From an uncultured Acidobacteriota bacterium (GTDB lineage: Bacteria; Acidobacteriota; Vicinamibacteria; Fen-336), in the NCBI GenBank assembly GCA_963700695.1, contig CAVOYO010000004.1, forward strand, positions 263,959 through 327,958: a stretch of DNA of 64,000 nt. The letters are read 5' to 3'. The position numbers were made by a program, and so were the translations under genes. The notes under the pieces are model-generated. The model searched no databases. It was not told where the DNA came from and saw only the letters and a list, made by a program, of their open reading frames with translations. Below, piece after piece: positions 16,995 through 25,876 of this stretch. Every line of letters begins with the position of its first letter. Positions within the stretch are counted from its first letter, which is position 1.

Positions 16995-19900
16995 ATGCAC
17001 GGCCCCGAGCCCGTGACCGCGGGGCGCCCTGAGCCGGCGCCATCCACGGGCCCGCGAGTCGGGTGGCGCTGGCTCCGCCGCTGCCTCTGGGCCTTCGGGG
17101 CCCTGGCGGTTCTCGTCGCCCTTCTGCACACCCCCCCCGCGAAGCGGCTCCTCACCTCGGCCCTGGTCTCCCTGGCCAGCCGCGCCCTGAGCGCGGAGGT
17201 GAGAGTCGACCGCCTCGACTACCGGCTCTGGGCCGGCGAGGTGCGCCTGGACGGGGTGCACGTCCAGCGTCCTCGCCTGGAGATCGCCTGCGCGCGGGCC
17301 GAGGTCGAGGTGGGTCTCGACGCCACCGTCCGGGCCCGGATCGAAGCCCCGCGGGTCGTCGTCACCCAGGGGCCGCCGGGCGACCAACCACCACCATCCG
17401 CGCCCTCGCGACCGTGGAGGATTCTCGAGTGGGTCGACGAGGTGGACCTGCGCGAGGGGGCGCTGGAGCTGCGCAGCCGCGAGGACGTCCCGTGGCTGCG
17501 CCTCGAAGGCCTCGAGGCGCGCGTCGAGAGCCTGTCCGGTCACCCCCGCGGCTCGGCGCGCGTGGCGAGAGCCGGCGTCGGCTGGCCCGGGGCGGGGATC
17601 CGGGTCGAGCCGGTGCGGGCCGAGGCGGACTTCGAGCTGGGGCCGGACTCTGGCGCCGTGCGGCTCCTCCGGGGAGAGGTGTTCTCGGGCGAGACGACGC
17701 TCCGTGGCCGGGGACAGCTCGAGCAGATCGGGCCGATCCTGGCCCGCGCCGAGGGCGGGGGACGAGTCGACGCACGGCTGCTCCAGCGGCTGGTTCCGGA
17801 CCTGGAGATCGAGGGCCAGGTCGAGGCCCGAGCGACCTTCGAGCAGGACGTCGCGGGTGCCCGGGGCTCGCTGGAGGTGGAGGCCGCGTCCGTCCGGGTC
17901 TTCGAGGTCGGCCCCTGGGATGGCTCGATCCGCGGGCGGCTCGAGGAGCGCCGGCTGCACGTCGAGTCGCTGGACCTCGCCGGCTACGACGGCCGAGTGG
18001 AGGGGACCGGGACCGTCTTCCTGGGCGACGGCCCCAGCTCCGTGGACGTCCGCGCAAGCGACCTCGACGTCGAAGCGCTGGTGGGAGCCTTCGTCGCCGC
18101 CCCGCCCCCCCTCGCCTCCCGGGTGGACGCCCAGCTGGAGCTCAGCATCCGGGACTGGGACGTGGACACCCTCCGGGGCCAGGGCCGCCTGTCGCTCCGG
18201 CCGGGGGAGGGGGAGGGCTGGCCCCTGGCCGGGCCGGTGACGGTGGGCCTCGCCGATCGCCGGGTCTCGTTCGCCGCCGACGGCCTCCGTGTCCGCTCGG
18301 CGCAGGTGACGACCGAAGGCTCCTTCTCCTTCTCGAAGGAGCTCGACGCGCGCTACGGGCTCCGTCTTCCCGGCCTCGAGGCGTCGCCCGAGCTCCTGGC
18401 CGACGCGGGGGTCGAGCTGCCCGAGCTCACGCTGGACGGCAGCGTGGAGGTCGAAGGGGAGATCGAGGGACGGTTGCCCGAGTGGCAGGGGACGGCCCGG
18501 ATCGCCAGCGGTGGAGTGAGCGTGGAGGACGTCGACGTCGGTCTCGCCGGAGTGCTGGCGATGTCGAGCGCCGGCGTCGAGATCGAGTCGTTCGAGGCGA
18601 GGGGCGAGGACGGCTCGCTGAGGGTCGCCGGTTTCATTCCACTCGACGACGCGGGTTCGTGGAGCGTCACCAGCGAGGTCACCGAGCTGCGGCTCACCGA
18701 CGCCCTGGGACGGCACGGCGTGCCGGTCCCCGCGACCGCCCGCGGGCGCGTGCGGGTGGAAGGGCCGAAGGACGACCCGACCGCCGAGTTCGAGATCGAG
18801 GCCCGTGCGGAAACGGCGGATTCCGAGTCCGCTGCTGAAGCGACGGACTCGGAATCTTCCGTCTCCGTCGATGGATCCGAAAACACGTTCCTTGTTGAAG
18901 ACGAAGCTCCCCGGACGCGCCACCGGCCCGGGAGCCGGCCACGCTGCAGCTGGCGGGCACCGCCAGCCGCCGCGGGCTGGTCGTCGACAAGCTGACCGCG
19001 GTGATCGGCGGGGGAGCGGTTGAGGCCTCGGGTGCCTGGCGTGCGCGACGGCGGATCCCTCGACGGGCACGTGCGGATCGCCGACGTGCAGCTGGCCCGG
19101 CTGCCATGGCTTCCCGGGCCGGCCGCGCTCGACGGCCTCGTCTCGACCCTCTCCGGTGAAGCCGAGGTGTCGGGACGGGTCGACGACCCCGAGGGCCGGC
19201 TCGAGCTGCGTCTTGCCGGGACGCGGTACGGTGACGAGGCCTTCCCCGACCTCGACCTCGACGCCGCCCTGGCCGGGGCCGAGGCCCGGCTGGCCGGCCG
19301 CCTCGGCGGGGAGCCGGTGCTCTCCGGCCGGATCGACTTCGACGAGCAGTGGCCGCTCCATCTGGACGTCGAGCTGGCCGCCCTGCCGATGACCCGGGCG
19401 CTTCGGACCCTGCCCGGCGCATACCGTGAGAGGCGGTCGCTCGCCGTGACCGGGCAGGCGTCGCTCGAGCTTCCCCTGCGCGAGCCGGGGCGGCTGAGAT
19501 ACGAGGCCCGTGTCGACGCCCTCGAAATGGATCTCGGAGGTGGGGGGGCATCGGCGGGTCCGTTCACCGTGAGCGGGGGTCGAGAGACCGTCGCCATCGA
19601 CGGCCTCGATCTCCGCCGGGGGGAGACCCGACTGCGCGTCGACGGGGAGCTCGGCCTCGCGGCCGACGCCTCCCGGCCCCTGGCGCTCCGCGGCGAGATC
19701 TCTCTCGCGGACGTGGCCCTCGTCTTCGCCGACGTCGACCTGGAGGGCGACGCGGTCGTCAACGTCACCCTCGGAGGGAGGCTGGATCGGCTCGACATCT
19801 CCGGGGAGGCTCGTCTCGAGGGAGGCCGCGGTCGCGTCGGCCCGCTCGATATCGAGAACCTGGGCCTGGAGGCCGTCGCTCGCGAGGGCGTGCTCACCAT

Positions 19901-22900
19901 CCAGGAGGCCCGGGCCGGGGTGGCCGGGGGCGCGATCTCGGCCCGTGGGCAGCTCCCCGTCGGACCCCTCGCCGAAGGCGCGCACACCCTCGAGTTCGAG
20001 CTCCGTGGGGTGGATCCCGGGGCGCTCCTTTCCGAAGGGCCCGGCGATCCGGCCCTGGTGGCCCCCCTGGACCTGTCGGGCCGGATCCGCGCCACCGACC
20101 TGGCCCTCGACACGATCGAGGCCGAGGGCGAGATCACGGCCTGGTCGGTCGGCGCGGGGAAGGAGACGCTGGTCCTGGAGAAGCCCGCCACGTGGCGCTA
20201 CGGGGAGGGTCGGCTGACCCTCGACGGCCTGCGCCTTCGCGGCGGCCAGGGTCACCTCGGGGTGGATGGGGTGTGGACGCCGGACGGGGATCTCCGCCTT
20301 CACCTGAGCGGCGAGACCGACCTGGCCCTTCTCAACCCGATGCTCGGGGGAGAGCTTCGGCTGTCCGGACCGGGGCGGATGGACCTCACCGCTCGCGGGC
20401 ACGCGGGCGCCCTCACCCTCGAGGGCGGGGCGAGCCTCGAAAACGTCCGCGCGGTGCTGCGCGAGCCCCCGGTCGTGGCGTCCGGTTTGACGGGCTCGAT
20501 CGAGGCGAGGGGGGACTCCCTCGTGCTCGAGGCCCGGGGGGCGGTCGGCGACGGCCGCCTGCGGTTGGCGGGGACGGTGGTTCCGAAGCGCGACGGGCCC
20601 GAGGTCGACATCACCCTCGACGCGGAGCGCGTCCCCCTCGTGTACCCGGAGGGGCTGCGCAGCCGGTCCTCGGGGCAGGTCCGGCTGAGGGGTCGGCAGC
20701 GCCGCTACCGCCTCGAGGGTGACGTCGTCGTCCACCGGGCCCTGTACGAACGGGAGACCGACCTCGCGAGCCAGTCGCTCGACGGCGTGGGGGCGGACCT
20801 GCGGGCGCTCGATGCTCGGGGGTCGATCCTGGAGCGCGTCCAGCTCGACGTGCGTGTCCGGCTGGCCGAGGGCCTGCGCATCCAGAACCGGCAGGCGGAG
20901 CTCGTCGCCGACGGCGCGGTGACCCTCGGCGGCGACCTGCTCACCCCCGAGGTGCACGGGTCGGTGTCCCTCCGCGAAGGGGGCACGGTGAAGCTCTCGA
21001 GGGCCACCGTGCGCCTGTCGCAGGGTCGGGTGAACCTGTCCGGCTTCCCGTCGCAGCCGCTGGAGATCGACGTCTCGGGTCGGACCCAGGTCACCGGGGT
21101 CCAGATCGACGTCGGGCTCTCCGGTCCCCTCGACGACCTCCGGACGAGCCTCTCCTCGCCGAACCGCTCCGACCTCACCCAGGGAGACCTCGCCACGCTC
21201 ATCCTGACGGGCCGCACCGCCCAGGCGGCCGCCGACCAGAGCGGGGCAATCGTCGCCGAGGAGGTGGCGGCGGCCCTGGGCTCCGCCCTCAACGAGCGCC
21301 TCGGGGGGGCGATCTTCATCGACGTCTCGAGGGACGAGTCCCTGATCGTGCAGGACACGGACCCCACCCAGCGCTTCAACATCGGGATCCCGATCGGCGA
21401 GCGACTCTACGTCATCCACTCCCAGGCGCTCGATCGCAACGGGGTCCGGTGGATCCTCGACTTCCGCCCGCCGGGACGGTTCCGGGTCCGGCTGATCAGC
21501 GACGAGGTGGCATCGAACGCGGTCGAGGTGAGCCACGGCTTCGACTTCGATCTGTGGTCCCGGGGGCGACGCAAGGAGCCGGAGCCTCCCCTTCGGCCAC
21601 GGGTGCGGGAGATACGCTTCGAAGGGATTCCCGCTGAAGACGCGGGGGAGCTTCGGCGGGGAGCGAAGCTCGAGGTCGGCGACGAGTACGATTTCTTCGA
21701 GGGCGACCAGGCCTCACGGCGCCTGCAGAAGCGCCTGGTCGACCAGGGCTACGGGGCGGCCCTCGTCGAGGCGGCGGAGGAGGGGGCGGGGGACGGCCGG
21801 GTCGACGTCGTCTTCAAGGTCGAGCGCGGTCCCCGCATCGAGGTGAGCTGGGCCGGGGACGACCCGGGCCGCAAGCTGCGCGAGCGTTTCGCCGGCTCCT
21901 GGGACGCCTACCTCTCGATCGACGAGACCGCGGCCCGGCGGGCCCGCGACCTCCGGAGTGAGCTGCGCGCGCGGCGCTACTACCAGGCCACGGTCTCGGC
22001 GGACGTCGAGCTCTCGGAGGACCTGGCGCGTGTCCGCTTCGAGGTGCGCCGCGGGCCGCGCGGTCGGGGCGTGGACCTGGAGTTCGAAGGGAACTCCACG
22101 CTGTCCGCCGAGTCCCTGGCCGCGGTCCTCCCGCCCCGCGACCAGGCCGACTTCTTCGCCCTCATCGAGCCCCAGGGGCTGACCCGCCTCGACACCGCCC
22201 TGCGCAGCGCCGGGGCCCGGGCCGGGTTTCTCTCCCTCGAGGCGGGGCGGCCCCGCGAGGTCTTCGATCCGGAGACCGGAAGCTTCCGCGTCACCATTCC
22301 GATCGAGGAAGGGGAGCGCGCCGCCCTCGTCCGACTCGATCTTCCCGAGGGGGTCCGGAGCCTCGAGGGGGCCCCGCCCCCGGACCTGAAGCTGCGGGTG
22401 GGCGGGCCCTTTCGGATCGAGGCCTACGTGGACGACCGGGCCACCCTGGCCCGCTGGTTTCGCGAGCAGGGTTTTCCCGACGCACGCCTGGCCGGGATCC
22501 TCGACCCGGCGCCCGGGGGCCTCGCGGTGCGCTTCGAGGTGGACACCGGTCCCCGTCCCCGGGTCGGCGCGATCCGTCAGGCCGGGATCGGGAGGACGCG
22601 CTCGGGCGTGGTCGATCGCGCCGTCGTCCTGGAGCCGGGCGATCTCATCCGACCCGAGGACCTGGCCCTCACCCGCGACCACCTCTCGGAGACGCGGGTC
22701 TTCCGCTCCGTCGACGTCCGGGCGGAGCCGACGGAGGATGCGGGGGTCCGCGACCTCGTCGTGGACCTCGCGGAGCGACCGGACCTGAGCGTCGAGTTCA
22801 AGGTCCGGTACGAGACGGGCCGCAGCCGCGAGACGGCCGAGGAATCGAGCACCGAGGAGTCTCGGGGGTTCCAGTTTGGCGTCGGCATCGAGGCCGCCAA

Positions 22901-23816
22901 TCCGTTCGGGCGCGCCCACCGCTACAGCGTCTACGGCCTGGCCGGCAAGAGACGCCAGCTCTTCGGGGCCACGTTCGAGTCGCAGACGTTCTTCGGCCGG
23001 CGGTGGCGGACCCAGGTGTTCCTGTTCGACGACAACGAGCAGGACTACGAGACGACGGGCATCACGCGGCGGGTCCGGGGGCTGGCCTTCCAGCAGACGA
23101 AGCGGTGGAGGAGCGGTCTCACCGGGCGGCGGTGGCACGATCGGCTGCGCATGCAGTGGGGGTACGGCTTCCGGCGCGTCGACTACACGGATCCCGAGAC
23201 CGGAGGCATCCTCGCGGGGGACCGGGCTGGCGTCGCGAACTCGCTCATCGGCGACAGCCGGGACAGCGTGACCGACCCCCACCGCGGCCTCTTCTGGACG
23301 GCGACGGTCGAGCCGGCCCTCGAGGTCCTGGGGTCGGAGAAGAACTACGTGCGGCTCTACGGCCAGGTCTTCGCGTACGTGCCCCTCGGCACGAAGGTGG
23401 TCTGGGCCCAGGGTCTGCGCGTGGGCACGGTGCCGGGCGAGGACCCGCTCCTCCTGCTCGACCGCCGCTTCAAGGCCGGGGGCGCCACCACCATCCGGGG
23501 ATTCGCGGAGAACGCGCTCGGTCCGCAGTATCGGGGCTTCCCGATCGGCGGGCAGGCGCTCTTCGTCTTCAACCAGGAGCTCCGGTTCCCGCTGCCGCTC
23601 TGGAACCGGTTGTACGGCGGCGTCTTCCTCGACGCCGGGAACGTCTGGGAGCTGGCCAGCGAGCTGAATCTCCGGGACCTGCGAGCCAACGTCGGGGCGG
23701 GCGTTCGGGTCATGTTCCCGTTCGGCCCGATTCGCCTGGACTGGGCCTGGGTCCTCGATCCGAAGGACGGCGAGCCGCAGAACCGCTGGCAGTTCGCCCT
23801 CGGCCACGCGTTTTAG
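16995..23816 (+). CDS. tamB: Giant envelope protein: TamB-like (N-terminal anchor, long beta-rich AsmA-like region, DUF490) fused in frame to POTRA repeats and an Omp85/TamA-type beta-barrel; one short out-of-frame patch at about 18900-19045
   Basis: ORFs 16995..18995 and 19020..23816 are in the same frame. The evidence, N- to C-terminus:
- Anchor WRWLRRCLWAFGALAVLVALL.
- TamB/DUF490 signature LSGFPSQPLEIDVSGRTQVTGVQIDVGLSGPLDDLRTSLSSPNRSDLTQGDLATLILTGRT...RFNIGIPIGERLYVIHSQ...RFRVRLISDE..VEVSHGFDF.
- A linker with no stop and no signal peptide.
- POTRA-like RVREIRFEGIPAED..., VDVVFKVERGPRIEV, VRFEVRRGPRGRGVDLEFEGN, VRFEVDTGPRPRVGAIRQAG.
- Omp85 barrel motifs GGATTIRGFAENALGP, GGVFLDAGNVWE and terminal FALGHAF. 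Confidence 0.8.
18819..18856. repeat. Hairpin element copy A (13-bp stem GATTCCGAGTCCG / CGGACTCGGAATC, 12-nt loop) inside the TamB-like coding region
   Basis: Read directly from the sequence. It sits in a segment of about 100 nt at 56% GC (hand count over 18811-18908). The same 12-bp stem recurs at 38807-38843. Confidence 0.8.
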
Positions 23817-23822
23817 CTGCTC

Positions 23823-23859
23823 ATGGCCTGAATCCCGGGCGGGACGTCATTCAGGCCAT
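23823..23859. terminator. Bidirectional hairpin between convergent genes (11-bp perfect stem ATGGCCTGAAT / ATTCAGGCCAT)
   Basis: Stem at 23823-23833 and 23849-23859 with a 15-nt loop. It lies between the stop of the fusion gene (23816) and the stop of the DUF4136-like gene (23865). Confidence 0.6.
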
Positions 23860-23864
23860 CCTCG

Positions 23865-24506
23865 CTACCTGCGTACCAGGCCCTGCTTCTTCATCTCCTG
23901 GGCCGCGGTCTTGACCAGGTCCTTGATGAACTTCTGGGCCGTATCGGGATTCACGGTGTCGCTCATGCCCGCCCAGATGAGCTTGTCCGTGCGGAGGTCG
24001 TAGATCAGCGTCTCGACCTGGACTTTCTTGTCGATCTGCATGTTGCCCGCGTTGTAGACGGCGCCCCAGCCGAAGGTGTAGTAGCCGCCGTAGAAGCCGC
24101 CGTAGTAGGGCATGGTGTAGATCGGGACGGCGCTGTAGCTCGGGCCCGAGCCGCGGATCTCCTTCTCCTGGCCGGCCACTCGCATGACGATGGCGTACAC
24201 GGCGCCGGTCTTCTCGATGTAGGGCCTGGCCTTGTCCTTGTCCTGGACGACACTCTTCGGGATCACGGTGTAGGCGGGGATGGCCTCGACGCCGCGCTTG
24301 CCGAGCTCCTGGGCCAGGGCAGCCTCGGCCCCGTTACGGCTTTCCTCGTGGGCGGTCATGACCATGGCCAGGACCTTGTCACCCTCGTTGAGGGTGATGC
24401 TCGTGGCCTCGGGGGCCTTCCAGGCGGTCCTGAACTTCGTGGATCCCCAGGCCGGGAGGGCCGGGACGCTGGCCACGACGAGGGCGGCCACTACTAGGCG
24501 GGACAT
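23865..24506 (-). CDS. Secreted DUF4136-like protein with a Gly/Tyr-rich insert
   Basis: Begins MSRLVVAALVVASVPALPAWG. It contains ...KVLAMVMTAHEESRNGAEAALAQELGKRGVEAIPAY..., the insert YTMPYYGGFYGGYYTFGWGAVY, and VETLIYDLRTDKLIWAGMSDTVNP (the DUF4136-style motif, from memory). An aaggagg SD precedes the ATG. Confidence 0.65.
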   Translation of the reverse strand: MSRLVVAALVVASVPALPAWGSTKFRTAWKAPEATSITLNEGDKVLAMVMTAHEESRNGAEAALAQELGKRGVEAIPAYTVIPKSVVQDKDKARPYIEKTGAVYAIVMRVAGQEKEIRGSGPSYSAVPIYTMPYYGGFYGGYYTFGWGAVYNAGNMQIDKKVQVETLIYDLRTDKLIWAGMSDTVNPDTAQKFIKDLVKTAAQEMKKQGLVRR

Positions 24507-24622
24507 CGCAGTCTCCTCCTTTGTTCGTGCGGCTGGGGAGCGGCTGACCGTGGTGCCGCTGGGCCGTCGTCAGGCAGGGGCTCTCCGCCCGCGCCCGGGG
24601 GCGCGGACGGGGGAGCCGGTAT

Positions 24623-25273
24623 CTACTTCTTCGACGCGATGAGGCCCTGCTTCCTCATCTCCTTGCCCGCCTCGTCGACGAGCTCCTTGATCATCTTGTC
24701 GGCCTGCGAGGGATTCACGGTCGAGCTCTGACCAGCCCAGATCATCTTGTCGTTCTTGAGGTCGTAGACGAGCGTCTCGACGTGGACGATCGTGTCTGTC
24801 CGGATGGTGCTCCCGCCGTAGGCGCCGCCCCAGCCGTAGCCGTAGAAGCCGCCGTAGAAGCCGCCGTAGCCGCCCCAGCCCGGGCCGTACATGCCATATC
24901 CGCCCATCGTGGGTGTGCTGCTGAGCTCCTTGTCGCTGCCGGTGGCGCGCATGACGACGGCGTACTGGGCCCCGGACTTCTCGATGTAGGGCCTGGCCTT
25001 GTCCTTGTCCTGGACCGCGTCGTCCGGGATCACGCCGTGGGCGGGGATGCCCTCGACGCCGTCCTTGGAGAGCTCGGCGGCGAGCGCGGCCTCGGCCCCG
25101 CGGCGGGTGGCCTCGTTCGGGCTGATGACCATCGCCAGGACCTTGTCGCCCGCCTCGACCTGGATCGGTTGGGCGTTGGGCTCCTTCCAGGTGGTATTGA
25201 ACGACGTCGTGCTGCAGGCCGACAAGGCCACGGCGCCGGCCGCGACGAGCGCGGCCATCACGGTGCGAGACAT
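24623..25273 (-). CDS. DUF4136-like lipoprotein, tandem paralog of 23865..24506
   Basis: Starts at the internal ATG after aaggaggagaaccag: MSRTVMAALVAAGAVALSACS (lipobox). It is collinear with its neighbour (KVLAMVISPNEATRRGAEAALAAELSKDGVEGIPAH; GGYGMYGPGWGGYGGFYGGFYGYGWGGAYGG; VETLVYDLKNDKMIWAGQSSTVNP). The 5' 35 codons of ORF 24623..25378 are probably non-coding. Confidence 0.7.
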   Translation of the reverse strand: MSRTVMAALVAAGAVALSACSTTSFNTTWKEPNAQPIQVEAGDKVLAMVISPNEATRRGAEAALAAELSKDGVEGIPAHGVIPDDAVQDKDKARPYIEKSGAQYAVVMRATGSDKELSSTPTMGGYGMYGPGWGGYGGFYGGFYGYGWGGAYGGSTIRTDTIVHVETLVYDLKNDKMIWAGQSSTVNPSQADKMIKELVDEAGKEMRKQGLIASKK

Positions 25274-25612
25274 CTGGTTCTCCTCCTTGGTCTGGGCCTC
25301 AGCGGCCCGCGACCTGCCCTCACGGGCATGACAATCTGACTGGGTTATTGCGATGGCCACTCTCTGCGAGCCGGCCATCAGCCTCCCAAGCTACCAGAAA
25401 TGCGGCCGCTGCGAGCGCGATTCCGCCGATGCCGGCCCCTTTGACCTATTTTTTCTAGTCCCGGTCCCCGGGCTTCTCCCCGATCAGCCGGCCGCCCGGA
25501 ACAGCGGCGGTCAAGGGTGGCAACGCCGCCGAATGTGGTAGCCTCCCCCGTCTCAGAACCACTCCAGTAGACACAGAGGCCGGTCCCGGAGGCCGGCGGG
25601 AGGCACGGGCAC

Positions 25613-25876
25613 ATCTACCCTCAGATCAACGATCACCCGGAGCTGATCGGGACCTACGAGCAGAGGAACCTCCTGCTCGACAACCGGGGCCCCGAGGCGT
25701 CACCGACGTTCGTGGATGTGACCGACGCCGCGGGTCCCGGCGTCCAGCAGGTGCTCGCCCGCCGGGGGCTGGCCCTCGCCGACTACGACGACGACGGCGA
25801 CCTCGACCTGCTCATCACGCATCTCGACGCGCCGCCCTCGCTGCTGAGGAAACGTAGCCCCTCGATGACCCGATGA
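25613..25876 (+). pseudogene. 3' remnant of a CRTAC1/ASPIC (FG-GAP / UnbV) family gene
   Basis: The frame gives ...YPQINDHPELIGTYEQRNLLLDNRGPEASPTFVDVTDAAGPGVQQVLARRGLALADYDDDGDLDLLITHLDAPPSLLRKRS. There is no N-terminal part, and an in-frame TAG lies at 25568. Its stop (25874-25876) overlaps the ATG of the next gene. Confidence 0.6.

Noticed and set aside
16080-21536. The 1818-aa ORF on the minus strand, the longest ORF in the track.
   Set aside because: It is antisense to the TamB-like gene, whose frame carries recognisable motifs. Its own translation is Arg/Gly/Pro/Ala/Asp-rich with no domains. This is a typical stop-poor antisense frame in a genome of about 70% GC or more.
19020-23816. 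Treating ORF 19020..23816 as an independent 1598-aa gene starting at the listed position.
   Set aside because: The listed start is a TTG with no SD, in the same frame as ORF 16995..18995. TamB-like sequence continues across the gap in the +1 frame. The interruption is therefore a short out-of-frame patch within one gene, not a gene boundary.
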